Below, one piece after another: positions 29,811-37,933 of a stretch of DNA of 64,000 bases. Source of the stretch: Christensenella sp. (lineage in GTDB: Bacteria; Bacillota; Clostridia; Christensenellales; CAG-138); NCBI GenBank assembly GCA_034926785.1, contig JAYFQU010000021.1:846-64845 (forward strand), written 5' to 3'. The translations under genes were made by a program, and so were the position numbers. The notes beneath the pieces were generated by a model. It ran no database searches, was not told the origin of the DNA, and was given only the letters and a program-made list of their open reading frames with translations. The stretch's first letter is position 1. The number at the start of each line of letters is the position of its first letter.

Positions 29811-30995
29811 TCAGCCTTTCAGCGTCCCCTGCCGCTTAAGCAGTTCATAAAAGGTAAAATACTTCCGCCCGCAATACGGCGTCTTCGCCGCGCGAAGTTC
29901 GTAGGACTGTCCATCGACCGAAAACATCATCTTATAGGTTCCCATCAACCCCATGCTGCTGATGCTCGCGAGCGGGAACCGATGTCCACCGACGGAGAGC
30001 GCTGTTTTTGTAATGGAGAGTTGTCCCGTCTCCAGCACACGGTCTTTGTGTTTTTGACCAACGCCGATGAGCTTTACGCCTTCGTCCGAATAGGCAATTT
30101 CATCATCGCCCAAAGAAGCGGCATATTCCACAATTCGCTTATCCTGCCAGAAGTCCCAGTCGCGCACGTTCTCAAACGGCGGCTCCGGGTCGTTTGGTTC
30201 CACCTTTTCGAAAAAACCGGTTTCGGTGAAGCGCACCCTAAGCCCGCAAGTGCAGGAGAACAGATTCTTGTCGCTCTTCAGCGTGCCGGTTTTACCGCAC
30301 CTGGGGCAAAAATACAACGCGTTTTCGAGGCCTTTGGCGAGGTCCTTGCCCTTATATCGATAGGGCATTGTCCGCTGGCGGTCAAAAGCGTCCTCCATGA
30401 TATCCTCGCGGATGCGGTCATTGACCTCCTCCGGCGTCATCTGTTTGAGCTGTTCGGGCGAGTAAACATTCACCACATATCCGCGCATGTGCCCTTTTCG
30501 CGTGCCGTGGCTCCAGCGGGGCGTGGTAAGATATCCGCCCTCCAACCGATAGGTCACGAGCGATGCGCCCGTCGCCTTGGCGAGCTTCCCCGTCGCGGGA
30601 AAGATTGGCCCCGTCACGCCATTGTAGGAGCGGTTGCCCTCCGCGAATAAGAACACATTGGCATTCCGCTTAATTGTACGGATGATGCTCAGCGCGGCGG
30701 TTGCGTCGGTCATCCCCTTCACACGTGCGATCGGCGCAAAAAGGTAGGTTAGCAGCCACGAAAGAAACCCTTTGCGGAAGATATGCTCGCTCGCGACAAA
30801 ATACATATGCTCCGGAAAGCTCATCGCAACCAGCGCGGGATCCAGGTCTCCGTTGTGATTTGCGGTGATGAGAAACGGGCCTTTGCCCAGCTTCGCCTGT
30901 TCCGGGTGAAATCCGTAGATGTTCTGAATAATTCCGCCCAGTGTCGCCTTGCAGAAGCGATAAACCGCGCGGTGCCGCCGCATTGCCTGTTCCAT
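29811..30995 (-). CDS. Lysophospholipid/1-acyl-glycerol-3-phosphate acyltransferase family protein
   Basis: NHNGDLD (HX4D), FAEGNRS; C-terminal CPRC..C.C extension. Confidence 0.85.
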   Translation of the reverse strand: MEQAMRRHRAVYRFCKATLGGIIQNIYGFHPEQAKLGKGPFLITANHNGDLDPALVAMSFPEHMYFVASEHIFRKGFLSWLLTYLFAPIARVKGMTDATAALSIIRTIKRNANVFLFAEGNRSYNGVTGPIFPATGKLAKATGASLVTYRLEGGYLTTPRWSHGTRKGHMRGYVVNVYSPEQLKQMTPEEVNDRIREDIMEDAFDRQRTMPYRYKGKDLAKGLENALYFCPRCGKTGTLKSDKNLFSCTCGLRVRFTETGFFEKVEPNDPEPPFENVRDWDFWQDKRIVEYAASLGDDEIAYSDEGVKLIGVGQKHKDRVLETGQLSITKTALSVGGHRFPLASISSMGLMGTYKMMFSVDGQSYELRAAKTPYCGRKYFTFYELLKRQGTLKG

Positions 30996-31026
30996 GCCAT
31001 CACCTGCTCTCTGTATGTATGCCTTT

Positions 31027-31056
31027 ATTATACCGCAGGTGATTTTTTTCCCGCAA
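31027..31056 (-). promoter_or_regulatory. Putative sigma-A promoter of the acyltransferase
   Basis: TTGCGG-N18-TATAAT. Confidence 0.5.
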
Positions 31057-31090
31057 GTCAACAACAGCAAACACCAAATTTACCTTTGCT

Positions 31091-32872
31091 TTACAAATCC
31101 GAAAGAGGTTCTTCATCCTTGGAATCTTCTCCAGCCGTCATCGGCTTTGCGTCGGAGAGGATTGCGTTAATGGCCCTTACCCGTTCCGGGTCAAGCTTGA
31201 CCACCTCGCGGTCATAGGTCACAAAGCCGTTCGTCTCCTGCTCTACATCGCTCAACTGGGTATATACCGCTGCGGAAAGGCCTTTCTGCTTAGCGGGAAT
31301 TACTTCGCGCTGATAGAGCTTTTCGTAGCTGCACATCAGCGCTTCCGCCGTGCTGTACCGCTTATAGCCAAACTCCTTTTGCGAAAAGCTGTGCTCCGGG
31401 ATGCGGTGACTGTATCCGCCGAACTCGCTGAGCACCACTGCACGGCCGAGGACATCCTTCACAAATCGGTAAGGTTTATAGTATACATGAAGGCTCTTGA
31501 CATCCCCGCCCCTCTGATCGTGCCAGCCGCTTGCGTGGTCAATCGTCCGCGTTTCGTCTAGCGCGCGAATGGCGTCAACAGCCTTAATCGCGTCAAACTG
31601 GCCCCATCCTTCGTTAAAGGGAACCCACATTGCAACGCAGGGGCTATTATAGAGCAGCTGGACGGTCTCGTTCAGCTCGCGCAGATAGGCTTCCCTCCCG
31701 CGCACCTCTTCCCGGGAGAAATAGGCGTAATCGCTGTCCTGGTGTGAGTTGCCGAAGGCCAACGGCAGGGAAATCGCCGCTTTACCGTAGAGCCCGCCGC
31801 CGTTGACCATATCCTGCCAAACCAGCATTCCGAGCCTGTCGCAGTGATAATACCAGCGCATGGGTTCGATCTTGATGTGCTTTCTGAGCATGTTAAAGCC
31901 CATCGACTTCATCAGTTCAATATCATAGACCATCGCCTCGTCGCTCGGCGCGGTATAGAGCCCATCCGGCCAATATCCCTGGTCCAAGACGCCGTTATGA
32001 AAATAGGGCGCATTGTTTAGGAAGAGCCGCGGCACGCCCTGCGCGTCCTCCTGCAGGGAGAACTTTCGCATCGCAAAATAGCTCTCCACACGATCCCGTT
32101 CAAAGCTGAATGCAATATCGTACAGTTTAGGCTGTTCGGGGCTCCAGGGGATGAACTCCTGCAGAGGCAGGCGCTGCGGCGCGCCGCTGAGCAGCGCTGT
32201 CTCCACACCCAGTAATTCTGCCGTAATGGTCCCCCCGCAATTGGTCCAGACGGTAATCTCAATCTCCGCGCTGTCATAGCACGGGGTTAAGCGGATGTTC
32301 TCAATCCTCCGCTTTGGCGCGCGCTCCAGCCAAACCGTCTGCCAAATGCCGCTCTGCGGCGTATACCAAATACCGCCGGGCTGGCTGCTCTGCTTTCCAC
32401 GGGACCAGCAGGCGGCGTCTGTTTCATCCCGCACTTTAATGATGAGCTCGTTCGGAATTCCAGTCACAAACGCATCGCTCAACACCGCGGAAAACGGCAG
32501 GTATCCGCCCGCGTGATGCAGCAGCGTCATGCCGTTGAGTCGCACCTCGGCGAACTGATCCGCCGCGCCAACATGCAAAATCAGGTCCTCCGTGTTCGGG
32601 TCGTATCCAAGAGGCGTCTCCATGATGCGCCGATACCAGATGCACTCGCTGGGCTTTAGCGTATATCCAACACCGGAGAGCTCACTTTCCGGCGAAAATG
32701 GCACCAGTATCGTGCCGTCAAAGCGTTCCGGCGGTATCTGTGCACTGGATGCCGTAATCGCGTAATCCCATGCGCCGTTGAGAATGGTGCAGTTGCTTCT
32801 GCGAAACTGCGGGCGCGGATACTCTGCCAGAATGTTGCTCCGATCCAGCGCTTTCCCCCATTTTGTCTGCAT
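31091..32872 (-). CDS. Glycoside hydrolase family 2 (beta-galactosidase/glucuronidase-like)
   Basis: EYPRPQ, VPFSPES.LSG, SGIWQTVWLE, LDQGYWPDG, FNEGWGQ, LSEFGG. Confidence 0.9.
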   Translation of the reverse strand: MQTKWGKALDRSNILAEYPRPQFRRSNCTILNGAWDYAITASSAQIPPERFDGTILVPFSPESELSGVGYTLKPSECIWYRRIMETPLGYDPNTEDLILHVGAADQFAEVRLNGMTLLHHAGGYLPFSAVLSDAFVTGIPNELIIKVRDETDAACWSRGKQSSQPGGIWYTPQSGIWQTVWLERAPKRRIENIRLTPCYDSAEIEITVWTNCGGTITAELLGVETALLSGAPQRLPLQEFIPWSPEQPKLYDIAFSFERDRVESYFAMRKFSLQEDAQGVPRLFLNNAPYFHNGVLDQGYWPDGLYTAPSDEAMVYDIELMKSMGFNMLRKHIKIEPMRWYYHCDRLGMLVWQDMVNGGGLYGKAAISLPLAFGNSHQDSDYAYFSREEVRGREAYLRELNETVQLLYNSPCVAMWVPFNEGWGQFDAIKAVDAIRALDETRTIDHASGWHDQRGGDVKSLHVYYKPYRFVKDVLGRAVVLSEFGGYSHRIPEHSFSQKEFGYKRYSTAEALMCSYEKLYQREVIPAKQKGLSAAVYTQLSDVEQETNGFVTYDREVVKLDPERVRAINAILSDAKPMTAGEDSKDEEPLSDL

Positions 32873-32910
32873 AATCAGCCCTCCAGATCTCTTGGTTTCC
32901 TTGTGTGTCG

Positions 32911-34101
32911 TCAGTGCGCGGCGGATTCCTCCGCACGCACGCTGGATTTGTCAATTTGAATCACCGCATAGCACTTGCCTTCCAGCGCATGGACGCGGTC
33001 GGAGATTGCTTTGCGGACGGCTTCGTCCGTCATGGAAAATTCAAACGGAACCACAATGTCAAACACCAGATTGGTGTGCGTCGGGCCTGCGACCACGCGA
33101 AAATCGTGCAGACTCAGCCGCTCGTCCAGCGCGTGGAGAATCGCCTTCGTTTCTTCCCGCAGCCGATTGGTCTCCGCGTTGTTGGTCTCCACGGGATCCA
33201 TATGAATCACAGCCTCGCAGCCGCACTCGTCCCGCAGCAGTTTCTCCAAATTATCCACCGCGTCATGCAGGCGAATCATATCTCCGTCCGCCGGCACTTC
33301 CGCATGAAGGGACACCATCACGCGTCCAGGGCCATAGTCGTGTACGACGAGATCGTGCACCCCGATGATTCCGTCGTGATCCAGAACGATGCGCTCAATC
33401 TGCTCCACAAATTCCCGCGCGGGGGACTGCCCCAGCAGGGGGCTAATCGTCTCCTTTGCCGCGCGCACCCCGGTGTAGAGGATAAACAAAGCCACGGCAA
33501 GGCCCGCATAGCCGTCAATCCTCCATCCCGTCCATTTCGTGACGAACATGGAAAGCAGCACGACAGAGGTCGCCGTCACATCGGAAAAGCTGTCCATCGC
33601 GGTTGCGCGCATGGCCGCGGAATCAATCTTTTTCCCGATGCCCCGATTATAAAAAAACATATAGAGTTTGATCAGGATCGAACAAACCAAAACGCCGACC
33701 GCGAGATAGGAGAATAGCACAGGCTCCGGTGTGATGATTTTTTCCACAGAGGTTTTTGCCAGTTCAAATCCCATCAGCAGGATCGCCATGGAGACGAACA
33801 ACCCCGCAATATACTCAAATCTGCCGTGGCCAAATGGATGCTCTTTATCCGCCTTTGCGTCCGAGAGACGAAAGCCGACCAGCGTGATGATGGAACTACC
33901 GGCATCCGAAAGGTTGTTAAACGCATCCGCAGTGATGCCGATGCTACCGGTCAGCGTTCCCGTCAATATCTTGCCGATGAAAAGCAAAATGTTAAATCCT
34001 ATGCCAACCGCGCCGCAAAGCATGCCATAGCGAATTCTCACTGCGGGAGATGAAAAATTCGTATAATCTTTGATCCACAAACGGGAAAGGAGTGAGATCA
34101 T
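32911..34101 (-). CDS. Cation diffusion facilitator family transporter
   Basis: ADAFNNLSD, HPFGHGRFEY, DSFSD, HDLVVHDYGPG; ATG 34101 with GGAGG. Confidence 0.92.
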   Translation of the reverse strand: MISLLSRLWIKDYTNFSSPAVRIRYGMLCGAVGIGFNILLFIGKILTGTLTGSIGITADAFNNLSDAGSSIITLVGFRLSDAKADKEHPFGHGRFEYIAGLFVSMAILLMGFELAKTSVEKIITPEPVLFSYLAVGVLVCSILIKLYMFFYNRGIGKKIDSAAMRATAMDSFSDVTATSVVLLSMFVTKWTGWRIDGYAGLAVALFILYTGVRAAKETISPLLGQSPAREFVEQIERIVLDHDGIIGVHDLVVHDYGPGRVMVSLHAEVPADGDMIRLHDAVDNLEKLLRDECGCEAVIHMDPVETNNAETNRLREETKAILHALDERLSLHDFRVVAGPTHTNLVFDIVVPFEFSMTDEAVRKAISDRVHALEGKCYAVIQIDKSSVRAEESAAH

Positions 34102-34171
34102 GCGCGCCTCCACATGCGTTTACCGCCTTGATGCGACTCTGCCGGAATGAAACGTGCTGCAAAAGTTCAGA

Positions 34172-34207
34172 AATGCGACGGCATACTGTTTCATATGCCG
34201 TCGCATT
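34172..34207 (-). terminator. Hairpin after yegP
   Basis: 14-bp stem AATGCGACGGCATA/TATGCCGTCGCATT. Confidence 0.7.
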
Positions 34208-34245
34208 GTCGGTAGTCTTCGCTAATCCGCAGGAGAAGTTCGTTG

Positions 34246-34611
34246 TTATTCGGCTACCATTTCAGAATCCGCGTTCTTCTTCACGCTCTCAATGCCGCCG
34301 ATGGCCGACGCCTTTGCCGAATACCCTTCGGAGGCGAGGATCGGTTCGCCATTCTTTGCGCGCAGGCGAAAACGGAACTCCCCAGCCTTATCCTTATAGA
34401 GCTCAAACACCGGGTTTGTCATGTTCTTCCAGCCTTCCACGGTCTGGTCTTCAATCCCGGCGGAAGGGGCGTTCTTTTTTACACTCTCGATGCCGTTTTT
34501 TGCAGCGGCTTCAGAGGAATATACTTCCGACTTGCCAATCGGCTCACCGTTGGCTGCCTTGAGAACGAAAAACGGTCCAGTTTTGCCTTGTTTGATGACA
34601 TATTTACCCAT
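34246..34611 (-). CDS. YegP family protein (two DUF1508 repeats)
   Basis: LKAANGEPIGKSEVY..NGIESVKKNA, repeated as FRLRAKNGEPILASEGY..GIESVKKNA. Confidence 0.9.
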   Translation of the reverse strand: MGKYVIKQGKTGPFFVLKAANGEPIGKSEVYSSEAAAKNGIESVKKNAPSAGIEDQTVEGWKNMTNPVFELYKDKAGEFRFRLRAKNGEPILASEGYSAKASAIGGIESVKKNADSEMVAE

Positions 34612-34824
34612 TGCTCTCAGCCTCCGTTTTCTTGTTACGATACCATTTTCGCGGGTAAAATGCAAGCGAACACAAGCGAATCGCCAATGATATGCAGATT
34701 GTTCACAATCCTGTTTGCCTGCTCCCAGGCGTGTCAAAGGCCCCCGCTTGCTGCGCCGCTCCGGCCCACGGCAGCCCACTCGCGCCTTCCGCAAAGCACA
34801 TCGTTTCCAGCGGCAAACAACCGC

Positions 34825-34846
34825 AATTTTGAACAAATTTTGAACA
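34825..34846. repeat. 11-bp tandem repeat (candidate operator)
   Basis: AATTTTGAACA x2; related palindrome GATTGTTCACAATC at 34697-34710. Confidence 0.55.
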
Positions 34847-34884
34847 AAATCAAGGAAAATGCTACGTTGTATGGTAGAAATCTC

Positions 34885-34913
34885 TTGCCTTTTCCCGTTT
34901 GATTCGCTATGAT
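34885..34913 (+). promoter_or_regulatory. Putative sigma-A promoter of the XRE/S24 gene
   Basis: TTGCCT-N17-TATGAT. Confidence 0.55.
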
Positions 34914-34981
34914 GGCGGTATGACGCACAGCCAAAGTACGTGCAGGCCCATGAGTCGCACCATTCTTGCGGGGTGAATAGT

Positions 34982-35632
34982 ATGACGATGACCGAAAAAC
35001 TCGACCAGCTCATGTCGGAACGGGGTATCAATAAATCCCAGCTATCACGGTTATCCGGAATTCCCTATATGACCATCGTCAATTTTTATGAAAAAGGCAC
35101 AGAAAACATCAAACGGTCCACGTTGATCAAACTATCACGTTTTTTTGAGGTTACGGTGGACTATTTAATCATTGACGAAGAGACGCGCCGCGCCTACCCC
35201 AGCATTTCTCCGAAATCCGGCCAGGTGACCGCGCTGCCGACCTCCACGGTTAAGCCACGCATCTATCGCGTTGTGAAGGGGTATCCCCTGCTGGATGAGC
35301 AGAACATCGCCTGTTATGACGAGGTTCCCCAGAGCATCCGCTGCGACTTTACCATGCGCGTCGTTGGTGACAGCATGAAAAAGCTCAATATCAACGATGG
35401 GGATATCGTCTATGCCACCATGATGGAGGATGTGCGCAGCCACGAGGTCGCCGTCGTGGTTTTGGAGGGGGCGCTTGCCCTGCGCCGTGTGTATAAAAAC
35501 GAAAACCAGATTGTTCTTATGGCGGAGAACCCCGCCTTTGCGCCGGTTGTGATGCGTGCGGGCTCCAACGTGCAGATTCTTGGCAAAGCGGTCGCATATC
35601 TCAATCCCAATGCGGCAGAGGGCGCGTTTTAG
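34982..35632 (+). CDS. XRE-type HTH + peptidase S24 (LexA/CI-like) regulator, probably non-cleavable
   Basis: HTH (KSQLSRLSGIPYMTI..LSRFFEVTVDYL); S24 VVGDSM..DGDIV..AENP; Ala-Gly and catalytic Lys are substituted. Confidence 0.85.
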   Translation: MTMTEKLDQLMSERGINKSQLSRLSGIPYMTIVNFYEKGTENIKRSTLIKLSRFFEVTVDYLIIDEETRRAYPSISPKSGQVTALPTSTVKPRIYRVVKGYPLLDEQNIACYDEVPQSIRCDFTMRVVGDSMKKLNINDGDIVYATMMEDVRSHEVAVVVLEGALALRRVYKNENQIVLMAENPAFAPVVMRAGSNVQILGKAVAYLNPNAAEGAF

Positions 35633-35661
35633 TCTTCCCACCCATATAATCCAACTAGAAA

Positions 35662-35686
35662 AGCTCGGATCATTCGGGCTATTTTT
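35662..35686 (+). terminator. Terminator after the XRE/S24 gene
   Basis: AGCTCGGA/TTCGGGCT stem followed by ATTTTT. Confidence 0.65.
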
Positions 35687-35918
35687 GTTGCAAACCGCCT
35701 TGTTCGGCGTTCATGGCTCCGTCGCCGTTGCGCCAGCCTTTCATCCGGAGAGGCGGAACCCCCGCAAATCAAGCCTACCCTCGCGGTGGTGTCAGGGGCT
35801 CGACAAATCCATTCGGGAGATGGAGAATTGAGGATGCGCCATGATAATCCAATTCGGCGATAGAATCGCCGAATTTGTGAAATAGTCGCGCGATTCGCGC
35901 CATTCTAACCCAAAGTAA

Positions 35919-35957
35919 AACCCATCGGCAAAGTCCGCAGGAACTTGCCGATGGGTT
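35919..35957 (-). terminator. Terminator of the beta-propeller operon
   Basis: AACCCATCGGCAA/TTGCCGATGGGTT 13-bp stem; T-run on the minus strand. Confidence 0.75.
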
Positions 35958-35991
35958 AGCGCCACCGCGATTGTGTTGCTTGTTCGATCAG

Positions 35992-37896
35992 TCAGCTGAT
36001 TTTCAGGCAGACGATCTGCGGCCCCTTGCCGCTGCCGCCCTTGCCGCGGGTTCCGACGACAAGCATGTTGTTAAACACCGCGGGCGTAGAGTCGATGCGG
36101 CTGCCGATATCCATGCTGTTGAGCTGAATTCCGCTGGAAGCATCATAGAGCGTCACATAACCGCCCCTGTCGCATTGAATCAAATAGCCCTTCCCTTGGC
36201 CGTCATACACCACAACGGGACTGGCCCAGTAATCATTCGTCTGTTCAACCGACCATACGATATTTCCCGTAGATTTATCATAGGCAACGATGCGTCCGCC
36301 AATGCTGTATCCTCCGTCCGCATCCGGCTGTGGGAGGACTTCGCTCTGGCTCTGCGTCCCGGTCGCTCCTTCCGCCGCAGATTGCCCTGTCGCCTGTGCT
36401 TCCGGGTTCGGTGTCTCTGTCGCTTCCGTTGTCGCCGCGCCGTTGGACATTGCCGCAAGGCTGAAGGAATAGATCACGAGATCGCTGATTTGTCCCTTGC
36501 CAACCTGCGGCGTTGCGACGATACCGCCGCTTGCGCTTGCCTCTCCCGTAGAGCAGATCCAGCGCTTTTCCCAGACGATGGCCCCCGTCAGGCCGTTTAT
36601 CTTTCTCTGATAGCTGTATCCAAATCCCTCCGGCAGATCGCTGCCCTTCGCGCGCACCTGGGATCCGGTGTAGAGATAGATGGTGTTATCGTCATAGCTT
36701 TCCTCCACCACAACGGAGGAATCGCTCTCGTCGGTCACGTCGACCACATACTTGATCGCCATGGTGTTGACGTCTACACAGATCAGCCTCCCGCCGTTGT
36801 CGGTAAAGAACGCATAGTTGCGAAACGCGGAAACCGAACTTTCTATTCCGTACCAGCGTGCGCCCGGCGTATCGCTCTTGGAATATCCCGCGCCCTCATA
36901 GCGGCTCTTGATCAGTCCGTCCGGTTTTATGGATACCGTACCCGCTGTCGCGTCGAACTGCGCGTTGAGTTTCACGGTATAGAATATTCCGTTTTCACCG
37001 CCGTAGACCAGCGTGTCGTCCGTTACCATCGGGCTGCCGTCATAAGCCTGCCAGATCCGTCTTGCGAACCAGTCAAATCCGCCAAATTGGCCGATCTGTT
37101 CGCCGCTGATGAGCGAGTAAACGCGCACATAGGCGGCGTTGTTCTTCTGTTCGTTTTCAACGGGTATCCCTTGCCCGACATACAGCAGAGGATATCCACG
37201 CGGGTCTAGGCACGAGGTACCCTTCTGGACAATGCCCGTGTTGATCGGATCTCTGGTTGCGGCGCCTGTCGCGAGGTCGAGAAAATAAATATTGCCATCC
37301 ATCGCGGGATAGATCACCTCGGTGAGCGGAGCCGCCGCATCCTTATAGCTCTGTTTCACGTTCATAACCGCGACGGTCTCCACCGGCCACTCCACGATAA
37401 GCGGCTGCCCGGTCCAGCCCGTTCCGCTCCAGTTTCCGAGCGCGCCAATGGCCTTTGTCCAGCCCTCGCGCAGGCGCTTGTCCGTCAGCGTCACGCTGCC
37501 GTACGCAAATGAGTTGCGATAGTTGTTCCCGCCAAATGTGGTAATCCCCGGCAGCGTGCTGTATTCATTATCCCGCGGAAAGCTGATTGCCTCGCTGCGG
37601 GTAAAGCTGGATACGTCGTCCCCGGCAACTTTAATGGCGTTCGTGATCCCGTATTGGGAGGGATTGGCGCTGTCCGCGCGCGTAATGGTGATATCCTCCG
37701 GCAGGGCGGGCTTGGGCGTTGCCGTTGGCGCCGCCGACGCGGTCGGAACCGGTGTTGCCGTGAGCAGATCCTGTTTATCCTTCTTCACCTTCTGCACCAG
37801 CAGCAAGGCGATAATCACGGTGCCAAGCACCGCAACCATGATGAGAAAGAATCTCGGCTGCATGCGAATGCGTCTCTTTTTCTTTTTTCTTGCCAT
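35992..37896 (-). CDS. Membrane-anchored PQQ-like (BamB-type repeat) beta-propeller protein, paralog 2
   Basis: Polybasic N-terminus + TM; WSGTGWTGQPLIVEWP, DGNIYFLDLATG, WASPVVVYD, IDSTPAVF. Confidence 0.8.
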   Translation of the reverse strand: MARKKKKRRIRMQPRFFLIMVAVLGTVIIALLLVQKVKKDKQDLLTATPVPTASAAPTATPKPALPEDITITRADSANPSQYGITNAIKVAGDDVSSFTRSEAISFPRDNEYSTLPGITTFGGNNYRNSFAYGSVTLTDKRLREGWTKAIGALGNWSGTGWTGQPLIVEWPVETVAVMNVKQSYKDAAAPLTEVIYPAMDGNIYFLDLATGAATRDPINTGIVQKGTSCLDPRGYPLLYVGQGIPVENEQKNNAAYVRVYSLISGEQIGQFGGFDWFARRIWQAYDGSPMVTDDTLVYGGENGIFYTVKLNAQFDATAGTVSIKPDGLIKSRYEGAGYSKSDTPGARWYGIESSVSAFRNYAFFTDNGGRLICVDVNTMAIKYVVDVTDESDSSVVVEESYDDNTIYLYTGSQVRAKGSDLPEGFGYSYQRKINGLTGAIVWEKRWICSTGEASASGGIVATPQVGKGQISDLVIYSFSLAAMSNGAATTEATETPNPEAQATGQSAAEGATGTQSQSEVLPQPDADGGYSIGGRIVAYDKSTGNIVWSVEQTNDYWASPVVVYDGQGKGYLIQCDRGGYVTLYDASSGIQLNSMDIGSRIDSTPAVFNNMLVVGTRGKGGSGKGPQIVCLKIS

Positions 37897-37933
37897 CGTT
37901 CTCCCTCCTTTTTTCCTTTGTGCCAATCGAACG

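Noticed and set aside
26896-35632. Prophage spanning the lysis genes to the CI-like regulator
   Set aside because: The intervening genes are ordinary metabolic or transport genes; no integrase, structural or replication genes and no att repeats were seen.
35738-35825. Partial resemblance to a SAM-I riboswitch (ATCCGGAGAGGCGGA...GATGGAG)
   Set aside because: Lacks the GCAACC junction and the kink-turn/pseudoknot pattern, and there is no downstream sulfur or methionine gene on that strand.
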